Shown: piece by piece, positions 8,326 to 16,586 of the stretch
Layout: each line of letters opens with the position of its first letter
How positions within the stretch are numbered: position 1 is the stretch's first letter
From: Gaiellales bacterium
GTDB lineage: Bacteria; Actinomycetota; Thermoleophilia; Gaiellales; JAICJC01
DNA length: 53,589 bases
Reading direction: 5' to 3'
NCBI GenBank assembly: GCA_035553035.1
Contig: DATNEO010000195.1
Span: forward strand, 1-53,589
Position numbers and translations under genes: made by a program
Notes under the pieces: generated by a model
What the model was told of the DNA's origin: nothing
Database searches by the model: none
What the model saw: only the letters and a program-made list of their open reading frames with translations

Positions 8326-8427
8326 GCCAGAAACACGTGCCAGCTGTCGGAGCGGGTGGCGGCCCGGCTTATCCGACAACGCCGCCCACAGCTCGGCCGA
8401 CATGACGCCGCGGATCGCGTTGCAGCG

Positions 8428-8465
8428 CCGGGAGGGCCGCCCCCGATCGGGGCGGCCCTCCCCGG
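8428..8465. terminator. GC-rich hairpin between convergent genes
   Basis: CCGGGAGGGCCGCCCC-GATC-GGGGCGGCCCTCCCCGG (one bulged base), between the USP stop (8325) and the membrane-protein stop (8490). Confidence 0.55.
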
Positions 8466-8489
8466 CCCCGCCGTGGATGAGTCGGGCGG

Positions 8490-9125
8490 TTAGGCGACGA
8501 CCGCCTGGTCGGTGGAAGTCTCGCGCCGATGTGCGAACGCGATCGGGCTCTCTCGGTTTCGGAGTGCGCCGCCGGCGGCCAGGACCGAGAAGCCGATGCC
8601 GGTCAGCAGCAGGGCGATGCCGGTGACGATCGCGAACAGCGCCAGCTGGCTGGCCATGTAGCTCGACTGGAGCGCCGTGCCAAGCGCCGTCTCGGTCACC
8701 CACACCTGCCGTGCGCCGTTGTCCTGGGGCTGGCCATTCACCTTCACGGCCTGTGCCGGATCGTTGGTGCCCTTGCCGTCGGCAGTGGCGTAGCGCGGCA
8801 TCTGCGCGTAGGTAAGGCCGCCCGTCGCCTCAAGGGCGTGGATCCGCATGTATCCCGCGAAGGCGTGGGCGCGTGCACCGTTGTTGATCGCCTGTCCGGC
8901 GACCGGCGTCGTCGGGAAGCTGAGGTCGGACACGTTCAGCCCGGCCTGCTTGGCCTCGGCCTTGATCGCGGTCGGCGTCATGTCCGGCGTGCCCACGATC
9001 TGCTCCTGCGACAGCGTGTTGTTCACCGTGCTGCGCGCGTTCAGACCCATGCCGATTGCACCGATTCCAAACGCGATCAACACCGCCGCCGCGATGAACC
9101 CTCCGATTTCGAAACCCTTGCGCAT
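8490..9125 (-). CDS. Hypothetical membrane protein (N- and C-terminal TM helices, external domain of about 150 aa)
   Basis: Track ORF with GAAGGAG SD upstream. TM1 FIAAAVLIAFGIGAIGMGL; TM2 LALFAIVTGIALLLTGIGFSVLAAG. No family recognised. Confidence 0.75.
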   Translation of the reverse strand: MRKGFEIGGFIAAAVLIAFGIGAIGMGLNARSTVNNTLSQEQIVGTPDMTPTAIKAEAKQAGLNVSDLSFPTTPVAGQAINNGARAHAFAGYMRIHALEATGGLTYAQMPRYATADGKGTNDPAQAVKVNGQPQDNGARQVWVTETALGTALQSSYMASQLALFAIVTGIALLLTGIGFSVLAAGGALRNRESPIAFAHRRETSTDQAVVA

Positions 9126-9283
9126 GACCTACTCCTTCTGATCGTCCGATGTGTCCGACGTGCGACATGCCAAGTCTCGGACAAACGGCCCCGCCTGCCA
9201 TCGGAGCTGACGCTGAATAGGATGCGGCAACTCGGCGGGTCGTGGTGCGGGATTCCCGCAGGGGAGTCACGCAGCGTCCGCTG

Positions 9284-9745
9284 CTACGAAACGCCACTGC
9301 GGCTCGCGGGCGGATGCGGGGCGAACTCCACACCGTCCGCATCCGGGGTCACGATCGTGCCCGCCGCACCGCATAGCAGCGCTCCCAGGTCGGCGAGCTG
9401 TCCGATCGCCGCAACCCGTCCCGGGCTCTGAGCGAACGCGCACGCCGCCTGCACCTTGGGTCCCATCGAGCCTTCGGGGAACGCCATGTCAGAGAGCGCT
9501 TCGGGGGTGGCGCGTCTCACCGCCCGCTGGCCCGGTTGCCCCCAGTCCAGATACACCGCGTCGACGTCGGTTGCGATCACCAGCATGTCTGCGTCGATGT
9601 CAGCGGCCAGGCGGGCGCTGGCGTGATCCTTGTCGACCACGGCCTCGATCCCGACCAGGCGCCGGCCGGCCGGCGACGGGTCATCGGTGTACATCGTCGG
9701 AATGCCGCCGCCGCCGGCGCAGATGACGACGCAGCCCCGCCCGAG
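9284..9745 (-). pseudogene. arcC: Carbamate kinase (arcC) remnant, C-terminal half only
   Basis: The minus frame reads ...GRGCVVICAGGGGIPTMYTDD...GIEAVVDKDHASARLAADIDADMLVIATDVDAVYLDWGQPGQRAVRRATPEAL...FPEGSMGPKVQAACAF. The frame is closed upstream by TAG at 9790-9788. The N-terminal half of a normal carbamate kinase of about 310 aa is missing. Confidence 0.75.
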
Positions 9746-10129
9746 GACAAACTCGATGTCGTCCGACGGCTGCGCGACGACCCGGGGCTACGCCCGGTAA
9801 TCATGGTCGGCGATAGGGTCAACGATGCGCCCGCGCTGGCACTCGCGGATCTCGGCATCGCGATGGGCGTGGCCGGCGCGACCGTGTCCTCGGAGACGGC
9901 GGATGCTGTGATCACCGTCGACCGGATCGACCGGGTGGCGGATGCAGTGCATACCGGCCGACGATCACTCCACATCGCGCGACAAAGCGTGCTCGCCGGG
10001 ATGGGACTCAGCGTCGCTGCCATGGCCGTCGCCGCCGTCGGATACCTGACGCCGGTCGCAGGCGCCCTCTTCCAAGAGGCGATCGACCTCGCTGTCATCC
10101 TCAACGCCCTGCGAGCGCTGCGCGGCTGA
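9740..10129 (+). pseudogene. Heavy-metal P-type (P1B) ATPase remnant, last ~130 codons only
   Basis: Tail of track ORF 9536..10129: PEDKLDVVRRLRDDPGLRPVIMVGDRVNDAPALALADLGIAMG...ETADAVITVDRIDRV...QEAIDLAVILNALRALRG. The hinge motif reads GDRVNDAP (AGG Arg codon where GDGxNDAP is expected). Everything upstream of PEDK (>600 aa in intact enzymes) is absent. Confidence 0.75.
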
Positions 10130-10252
10130 GTCATCCCAAAGCGAGGGACCCGAAACAGACGGTAGTTCGCCGCTGCGGGTATGTGGTTTTCCCGGTTGTT
10201 CGGACGTGCCCGGGGTGCGACGATCAGGTCACATGACGACTGGAGCTACACC

Positions 10253-10696
10253 ATGTACAAGACGATCGTGCTGGCCCTCGACGAATCCGAGGGAGCTGCA
10301 GATGCACTGCCACACGCGGTGAACTTGGCGCGACGCGATGCTGCAACTCTGGTGATCGCTCACGCACGCACGCACGCGCTGGAGACCTCGCAGGAGGCGA
10401 TGCTCGAGCAGACCGTCGAGGGCTTGCGAAGTGGCGGTATCGACGCCGTGCTGGAGATCCGCACCAGCCTCGTTGAGGAGGTCGCCAGCTTCCTGGGCGA
10501 CGTCGCCACCGAGGCGAACGCCGACCTGATCGTGATCGCAGGACGAGGCCGCTCGGCCCTGGCCGGGGCGGTGCTGGGCAGTGTCACGCAGCGGTTACTG
10601 CATGTGGCGCCATGCCCCGTACTGGTCGTGCCGATGCCCACGGATGTCGCAACCGGAAAGGCGGGCGAGTCGGCTGCCAGCGGTGCCACGCGCTGA
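10253..10696 (+). CDS. Universal stress protein (UspA family)
   Basis: ATG 10253 inside track ORF 10181..10696. MYKTIVLALDESEGAADALPHA... ATP motif GRGRSALAGAVLGSVTQRLL. Confidence 0.88.
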   Translation: MYKTIVLALDESEGAADALPHAVNLARRDAATLVIAHARTHALETSQEAMLEQTVEGLRSGGIDAVLEIRTSLVEEVASFLGDVATEANADLIVIAGRGRSALAGAVLGSVTQRLLHVAPCPVLVVPMPTDVATGKAGESAASGATR

Positions 10697-10810
10697 GCCC
10701 GCGGGTGCGTCGGGGCCGCCGTTTTCGGTGATGCGCCACGCGGCGTTTGCACCCGGTTCCGTGATTGAAGAAGATCGCGGTCCGCAAAATGACCAGTGAA
10801 GGAGTGTCTG

Positions 10811-11227
10811 ATGAATGCGATCCTGCTCGGTTATGACGGCACAGAGGCGTCCAAGCGGGCGCTCGAGCGAGCCATCGAGTTGGCGAATGCTTTCCAAGCG
10901 AAACTACTGGTGACGAGCGTTGCGCCGACGGCGCAAGCAGCGGCAGGCCGGAGTATGGGCGCGCTCGATCCAACCGATCCGCCCGAGCGCCACCAGGCCG
11001 AGCTCGACGAGGCCGCGGCGGCGATCAAGGCGGCCGGCCTATCGGCCGTGCTGCTGCCGGCAATCGGCCATCCGGCGGAAACGATCGTCCAGATCGCGCA
11101 CGATAACAGCGCCGACATGATCGTTGTAGGCACGCGCGAACCCGGGTTCGTCCAGCGCTTGCTTGGGCAGAGCATCAGCCAGGCAGTTGCCCGCCATGCC
11201 AGCTGCGATGTACTGATCGTCCACTAG
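10811..11227 (+). CDS. Universal stress protein (UspA family), variant ATP motif
   Basis: ATG 10811, 6 nt after GAAGGAG (the track ORF starts at GTG 10796, inside the SD). MNAILLGYDGTEASKRALERA...VGTREPGFVQRLLGQSISQAV. Confidence 0.88.
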   Translation: MNAILLGYDGTEASKRALERAIELANAFQAKLLVTSVAPTAQAAAGRSMGALDPTDPPERHQAELDEAAAAIKAAGLSAVLLPAIGHPAETIVQIAHDNSADMIVVGTREPGFVQRLLGQSISQAVARHASCDVLIVH

Positions 11228-11456
11228 CTGCTGCCGCTCCACGACGCGACCGACATGCGGGCGTTGGATGCGGCGGCACGCATCGGCAGCATCGCCGCGT
11301 AGATGCCGGTCACCGGCGCATCCCTGCTGGCTGCGCGTATGCCGTCCCTAGCGGCAGCAAGAGTGCCGCGAGCACAAACCCCGCGACGATATCCGACCGA
11401 AGCCACTCCAGCCGGTTGCTGCGGAAACCTGAACTCCCCGGAAGCCAAGCGTTCAC
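11224..11456 (-). pseudogene. SulP-family anion permease remnant (N-terminal ~75 codons, frameshifted and truncated)
   Basis: Frame 1 from GTG 11456: VNAWLPGSSGFRSNRLEWLRSDIVAGFVLAALLLPLGTAYAQPAG, then TGA at 11312-11310. The similarity continues in another frame (tail of track ORF 11224..11469): DAPVTGIYAAMLPM...SNARMSVAS. It ends at a stop that shares CTAG with the USP stop. Compare the typical SulP N-terminus ...DLxAGLTVAxxLIPQxMAYAxLAGLPPVxGLYA (from memory). Confidence 0.6.
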
Positions 11457-11568
11457 GCGCTAATCGCATAAGGTGGTGATCGCAAGGCGGGGGCCGCAGC
11501 TGTGGTCATCGAGCGAATGATGACGTCCCCGAATGCCGCCGGCCAGCCGCCCAATCGAAGCTCTCGTG

Positions 11569-12345
11569 TCAGCTCAACGAGTCGATGTAGGCGACCAGCT
11601 GGGCGATCTGCTTGTCGCTGAGGATCGTGCCCCAGTGCGGCATGCTGACGATCGGCGCCTTGCCGATCACGCTGCCCGTGCGGATGATCTGGGCGATGTC
11701 CTTGTCGCTGAACTCGCCATGGAACCCCTTGCCCACCAGCGGCGGGATCACGGTGTCCGGTGATTGCGGGTTGGGTACACCACCGAGGCCGTTGGGGCCG
11801 TGGCAGTTGATGCAGCTGTAGCGCTGATAGAGCGCCTGCCCGGCGGCGATGTCGCCCTGGTTGTCGGGCACCGAAACCGGATCCGCGTACTGCACCGCCG
11901 GGAAGCCGGCCTTCATGTATGCCACCAGAGCGGCGATCTGCTTCTTGGCGATGACGCCGTGCCAGATCGGCATGAACGGCCGTGTGGGATTGCTGGAGAC
12001 TCCCGCCCCATGCTCGATCGTGGACGTCAGCTGGGCGATGGTGAGTCCCGGCGCAAGACCCTGCAACGCGGGCACGTACGGCGAGACCCCGCCGGCGCCG
12101 CGATCGCCGTGGCACTGCGCGCAGGCGAACTGAACGAAGGCGTGAGCGCCGACCGCGACCTGCGATGACACCGCCGCTGGAGTTGAGGAGGAGGTGGAGC
12201 TGACCGGCGCGGCGGCAGTGGATCGGTGGTCCTGCCCCGCGTAGTACGAAGCGACACCCACACCGATCATCACCAGCACAATCGCAGCAACGGCAACTGC
12301 CACGGCGGTGCCGTCGCTGCGCGGTGGGCGCTCGGGCTGCTGCAT
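11569..12345 (-). CDS. Membrane-anchored diheme c-type cytochrome
   Basis: Track ORF 11569..12504 trimmed to ATG 12345 (MQQPERPPRSDGTAVAVAVAAIVLVMIGVGVASYY, a TM anchor). Two heme-binding motifs, CAQCH and CINCH, each in a class-I cytochrome c-like domain with a distal Met (PFMPIW, VSMPHW). Confidence 0.85.
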   Translation of the reverse strand: MQQPERPPRSDGTAVAVAVAAIVLVMIGVGVASYYAGQDHRSTAAAPVSSTSSSTPAAVSSQVAVGAHAFVQFACAQCHGDRGAGGVSPYVPALQGLAPGLTIAQLTSTIEHGAGVSSNPTRPFMPIWHGVIAKKQIAALVAYMKAGFPAVQYADPVSVPDNQGDIAAGQALYQRYSCINCHGPNGLGGVPNPQSPDTVIPPLVGKGFHGEFSDKDIAQIIRTGSVIGKAPIVSMPHWGTILSDKQIAQLVAYIDSLS

Positions 12346-12351
12346 GCGCTG

Positions 12352-12357
12352 ACAATA
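12352..12357 (-). promoter_or_regulatory. -10-like hexamer TATTGT 6 nt upstream of the cytochrome c ATG (leaderless-type geometry)
   Basis: Minus-strand sequence GGCGGTATTGT-CAGCGC-ATG. Confidence 0.4.
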
Positions 12358-12484
12358 CCGCCTCCGGGAGCCATCGTGGAACCGCGGATTCACGGGAATG
12401 CGGCTGCGGGGAACTACGCACGGCGGCGGGGTTTCGTGCGGTCTGGATGATGCGGCGCCGTGGCCCGTGTTCGACCCTGCGCCG

Positions 12485-13888
12485 GTGATCCTCGTCTCTG
12501 CCACGACCGTCGATCTGGCGCGGGCCCAGTTTGCGACGACCAGCCTCTATCACTTCCTGTTCGTGCCGCTGACTCTGGGGCTGGGCCCGATCGTCGCGGT
12601 CTTCCAGACGATGTGGCGGCGGACGGGTGACGAGTCGTGGCTTCGGCTGACGCACTTCTTCGGCACGCTGTTTCTGATCAACTTCGCGATCGGCGTCGCG
12701 ACCGGTCTCGTCCAGGAGTTCCAGTTCGGCATGAACTGGTCGGTCTACTCGAAGTTCGTCGGCAACGTGTTCGGCGCCCCGCTCGCGATCGAGGGCCTGG
12801 CGGCGTTCTTCCTGGAGTCGACGTTCCTGGGGCTGTGGATCTTCGGCTGGGACCGGCTCTCGCCACGCCTGCATCTCGCCACGCTGTGGATCGCGGTGGC
12901 CGGCACCTGGCTGTCGGCCTATTTCATCCTGGTCGCGAACTCGTTCATGCAGGATCCGGTCGGCTACAAGATCGAGAACGGCCAGGCGGTGCTGACCAGC
13001 GTGTCGGCGCTGCTCTCGAGCCGCTGGGCGATCTACGCATTCGTCCACACGATCCTGGCCGGCCTCACCTGCGGCGCGGCGGTCGTGTTCGGGGTCTGCT
13101 GCTGGCACTTCGCCCGCGGCCGCAACGTGGAGCTGTTCAGGCCCGCCGCGAAGGTGGCGCTGATCGTGCTGGTGCCGGTGTCGTGCTTCAACATGTGGTT
13201 CGGCAGCCACTTCGGGATCCTCGTCACCGAGCTGCAGCCGATGAAGATCTCGGCCGCCGAGGCGCAGTGGAAGGACTGCCAGAAGTGCGCGTTCTCGCTG
13301 TTCCAGGTGGGCGGCTTCAGCGAGAGCGACCAGACGCCAACCTTCTCGATCGAGATTCCGGGGCTGCTCTCCTACCTGTCGACCGGCTCGTTCAAGGGCA
13401 AGGTGACGGGACTGACCGAGCTGAACAACCAGTATGAGCGGCAGTATGGACGGGGCAACTACCTGCCGCCGGTCGAGGCGATCTACTGGAGCATGCGCGG
13501 GATGGCCTATGCGGGCTCGGTCGTGGCCCTCGTCTCGCTGGTCGGCGCGTTCCTGTTCTGGAAGCGGCGGCTGGAGCGGCTGAAATGGTTCCTCTGGATC
13601 GGCGTGGTGACGAGCTTCGTGCCGTTCGTGGCCACGACGTTCGGCTGGCTCTTGACCGAGCTCGGGCGCCAGCCCTGGATCGTGCAGGGGCTGCTTAAGA
13701 CCTCCAATGCGAACTCGCCAGCGGTGGGAACGACCTGGCTCGTGATCAGCCTCGCGGTGTTCGTCAGCCTCTACGTCATGCTGGGCGTGCTGGACATCTG
13801 GCTGATGCGGCGCTACGCGGGCCGTGACCCGTCGAGCCCGGCCGGCAAGCCGGGCGACACCTCTCCGACGCCGGCGGTCGGCTACTGA
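12485..13888 (+). CDS. cydA: Cytochrome bd quinol oxidase subunit I
   Basis: Track ORF 12398..13888. DLARAQFATTSLYHFLFVPLTLGLG, GLVQEFQFGMNW, EGLAAFFLESTFLGLWIFGW. Start is uncertain: ATG 12398 or in-frame GTG 12485, which gives the usual short N-terminus. Confidence 0.92.
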   Translation: MILVSATTVDLARAQFATTSLYHFLFVPLTLGLGPIVAVFQTMWRRTGDESWLRLTHFFGTLFLINFAIGVATGLVQEFQFGMNWSVYSKFVGNVFGAPLAIEGLAAFFLESTFLGLWIFGWDRLSPRLHLATLWIAVAGTWLSAYFILVANSFMQDPVGYKIENGQAVLTSVSALLSSRWAIYAFVHTILAGLTCGAAVVFGVCCWHFARGRNVELFRPAAKVALIVLVPVSCFNMWFGSHFGILVTELQPMKISAAEAQWKDCQKCAFSLFQVGGFSESDQTPTFSIEIPGLLSYLSTGSFKGKVTGLTELNNQYERQYGRGNYLPPVEAIYWSMRGMAYAGSVVALVSLVGAFLFWKRRLERLKWFLWIGVVTSFVPFVATTFGWLLTELGRQPWIVQGLLKTSNANSPAVGTTWLVISLAVFVSLYVMLGVLDIWLMRRYAGRDPSSPAGKPGDTSPTPAVGY

Positions 13889-14907
13889 TGGATCTTCAGA
13901 ACCTCTGGTTCGTGCTGATCGTCGTGCTCTGGTCGGGCTACTTCCTGCTGGAGGGATTCGACTTCGGCGTGGGCATGCTGCTGCCGTTCCTGCCGCGCGA
14001 TGACGAACAGCGGGATGCCATGTTCGCGTCGATCGGGCCGGTCTGGGACGGCAACGAGGTGTGGCTGGTGACGGCGGGCGGAGCCACCTTCGCGGCGTTC
14101 CCGGCCTGGTACGCGACGATGTTCTCGGGCCTCTACATCGCCCTGCTGGCCGTGCTGTTCTTCCTGATCATCCGCGTGGTCTCGTTCGAGTGGCGGACGA
14201 AGAGCACGAGCCCCCGCTGGCGGCGGGCGTGGCTGTGGGCGAACGCGGTCGGCAGCTTCGGCGCCTCGCTGATCTGGGGTGTCGGCCTCGCGAACCTCCT
14301 GTACGGCACCCCGATCAACTCACAGGGCGACTTCGACGGAACGTTCTGGGACCTGTTCAACGCCTACACGGTGCTAACTGGTGTCGCGGTGATTGCCATC
14401 TTCGCCTTCCACGGGGCCACCTACCTGACGCTGCGCACGCAGGGCGACCTGCTGGAACGGGCCGGCCGTGCCTCGCGCCGGCTGTCGCTGGTCTCCGCGG
14501 CGCTCGGTGCCGTGTTCCTGATCTGGGCGGTGGTGGTCGCCGTCGACCGGAACGACAAGAGCGTCTTCCCGCCGGTGCTGCCCGCGGCGATCGGGATCGC
14601 GGCCTTCCTGCTCGCGGTCGTGTTCGCCCGCCGCCACAGCCAGGTCCGGGCGTTCGCGATGACCGGCCTGGGCACGATCGCGGTCGTGGCAACGCTCTTC
14701 ACCAGCCTGTTCCCGCGGGTGATGGTCTCGAGCACCGACTTCGCCAACAGCCTCACGGTCAAGAGCGCCGCCTCGGCGCACTACACGCTGGCGGTGATGT
14801 CGGTCGTGGCCCTGATCTTCGTCCCGCTGATCCTGCTCTACCAGGGCTGGACGTACCACGTGTTCCGCGCCCGGGTCGGCGGCCCCCGAGACGAGCCGAT
14901 GCACTAG
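13888..14907 (+). CDS. cydB: Cytochrome bd quinol oxidase subunit II
   Basis: 1-nt overlap TGATG with cydA. MDLQNLWFVLIVVLWSGYFLLEGFDFGVGMLLPFL... Polytopic membrane protein. Confidence 0.92.
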   Translation: MDLQNLWFVLIVVLWSGYFLLEGFDFGVGMLLPFLPRDDEQRDAMFASIGPVWDGNEVWLVTAGGATFAAFPAWYATMFSGLYIALLAVLFFLIIRVVSFEWRTKSTSPRWRRAWLWANAVGSFGASLIWGVGLANLLYGTPINSQGDFDGTFWDLFNAYTVLTGVAVIAIFAFHGATYLTLRTQGDLLERAGRASRRLSLVSAALGAVFLIWAVVVAVDRNDKSVFPPVLPAAIGIAAFLLAVVFARRHSQVRAFAMTGLGTIAVVATLFTSLFPRVMVSSTDFANSLTVKSAASAHYTLAVMSVVALIFVPLILLYQGWTYHVFRARVGGPRDEPMH

Positions 14908-14916
14908 GACGATGAC

Positions 14917-15810
14917 GTGATTGGGCTCGAGGTGTTCGGGGAGTCGGCATTGCTCGAACGGGTCGCGAGCACGCTCGACCAGACCGACGGCGTCAGCCAC
15001 GTGGCGCGCGTCGACGCAACCAGGCCCGGGTACTCCCTGGTGTCGGCCCGCGTGCGGCCGCGGTCGGTCGATACGCTGCTGGACACGCTGCAGGGTCTCG
15101 GCGTGGCCGGGGGCGACGTCACCCTCGACCGGATCGAGGTCGTCGGCGCCCTCTCGCAGGGCCGGGCGGAGCGGACGATGGTGTGGGCCGACGTGCTGGG
15201 GACGGCCTGGCTGAACGCGCGGCCGCTGGCCCGCTACCTGGCGTTCATGGTCGTGGCCGGGGTGATCGCCAGCTACGGCGTGGTCGACAACAACGGGGTC
15301 CTGATCGTGGGAGCGATGGCGGTCAGCCCTGACCTGTTGCCGATCACGGCGATCGCCGTGGGCATCGTCGGCCGACAGGCGGAGCTCGCCGGCCGCGCGC
15401 TGGTCACGCTTGCGACGGGACTGGGTGCTGCGGGTCTGGCCGCAGCCGTCTCCACCTTCATCCAGGATCACCTGGGCTTCATACCGTCCGGCTACGACGT
15501 TCGAGCGACCGGAGTCCTGACGGGTCTCACGACAATCAGCAACGAGACGGTGGTGGTGGCATTCGTCGCCGGTGTGGCCGGCATGCTGGCGCTGGAGACA
15601 CGGGCGAGCTCGGGAGTGGGCGTGGCCATCTCGGTCACCACCATCCCCGCGGTCGGCTACTTCGGCGTCGCGGTCGGCCTGCGCGAGCTCGACAAGGCGC
15701 TCGGTGCGCTGGGCGTGCTGGGCGTGAACGTCCTGATGATGGTGGTCGGGGCCGTCGGCACGCTGCTCCTGCAGCGCGCCCTGTTGAGCCGCCCCAGAAC
15801 ACACAGCTGA
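14917..15810 (+). CDS. DUF389-family integral membrane protein
   Basis: GTG start 9 nt after cydB. Soluble N-domain (MIGLEVFGESALLERVASTLD...), then Gly/Ala-rich TM helices (GVVDNNGVLIVGAMAVSPDLLPI...). Family assignment from memory of the DUF389/TIGR00341 pattern. Confidence 0.7.
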   Translation: MIGLEVFGESALLERVASTLDQTDGVSHVARVDATRPGYSLVSARVRPRSVDTLLDTLQGLGVAGGDVTLDRIEVVGALSQGRAERTMVWADVLGTAWLNARPLARYLAFMVVAGVIASYGVVDNNGVLIVGAMAVSPDLLPITAIAVGIVGRQAELAGRALVTLATGLGAAGLAAAVSTFIQDHLGFIPSGYDVRATGVLTGLTTISNETVVVAFVAGVAGMLALETRASSGVGVAISVTTIPAVGYFGVAVGLRELDKALGALGVLGVNVLMMVVGAVGTLLLQRALLSRPRTHS

Positions 15811-15842
15811 CTCCCCGCCGGGATAGGCTCGGCGCCGCCCCG

Positions 15843-16586
15843 ATGCTTGATCCCTGGCAATTCTCCCTCGACCCGGAATGGGCGATCGCCGTCGCCGTGT
15901 TCGCGGTCGACTACGCCGTCGTGGCCCGGTCCTACCACCGCCGCGGCGTGCCCGTGCAACCGGCGCGCTGCGCGCTGTTCGCCGCCGGCCTGGCGATGAT
16001 CGCGCTTGCGCTGCTCTCGCCGATCGAGCACCTGGCGCTGACCTCGATGCTGAGCTTCCACCTGCTCCAGAACGTGATGATCGCCGACTGGGCCCCGCCG
16101 CTGCTGATCCTCGGCCTGCTGACGCCGATGGTGCTGGCCGTCGACCGCCTGCGCATCGTCCGCCGGCTCGCGCAGCCGGCCGTCGCGATGCTGCTGTGGC
16201 TGGTGGCCTGGTACGCGATCCACCTGCCCGTGGTCTATGACTACGCGCTCGAGCACCGCTGGGCGCTGAGCGTGGAGCACCTCGTCTTCATCGTCACCGG
16301 CCTCCTGTTCTGGTGGGCGGAGATCGTTCCCGGGTACCTGAGCCCGTCCCGGCGCGTGCTCTACCTGTTCATCGCGCTCGTGATGATGATGCCGCTGGAC
16401 TTCTTCATCGCCCTCTATCCCCGCCCGCTCTACAGCTTCTACGAGCACACGGCCAAGCTGGGCGGCGCGTCGGCGCTCACCGACCAGCGCATCGCCGGCG
16501 CGGTCGCGGTGCTCGCCGAGACCGCGGTGTTCGCCGTGGCCCTGTTCGCCGCTGCGGTCGCGCTGCGCCGCGATCAGTCGCGGTAG
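15843..16586 (+). CDS. CtaG-like (Caa3_CtaG family) cytochrome oxidase assembly-type membrane protein, paralog 1
   Basis: Seven hydrophobic segments. Family core LLSPIEHLALTSMLSFHLLQNVMIADWAPPLLILGL. Confidence 0.8.
   Translation: MLDPWQFSLDPEWAIAVAVFAVDYAVVARSYHRRGVPVQPARCALFAAGLAMIALALLSPIEHLALTSMLSFHLLQNVMIADWAPPLLILGLLTPMVLAVDRLRIVRRLAQPAVAMLLWLVAWYAIHLPVVYDYALEHRWALSVEHLVFIVTGLLFWWAEIVPGYLSPSRRVLYLFIALVMMMPLDFFIALYPRPLYSFYEHTAKLGGASALTDQRIAGAVAVLAETAVFAVALFAAAVALRRDQSR

Noticed and set aside
8326-8403. Minus-strand peptide MSAELWAALSDKPGRHPLRQLARVSG, faintly reminiscent of IS-family transposase N-termini (DUF4096-like SDELW motif).
   Set aside because: The resemblance covers only about 10 residues. 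It then runs antisense into the USP gene, and there are no inverted repeats or a transposase body nearby.
4302-12484. Search by eye for the mycobacterial DosR box (TTSGGGACTWWAGTCCCSAA) in all intergenic regions of the island.
   Set aside because: I found only partial half-sites (e.g. GGGGACACGGGATCCC at about 4354-4369 and AGGGACCCGAAA at about 10143-10154). None has the correct spacing or symmetry, so no DosR box is claimed.
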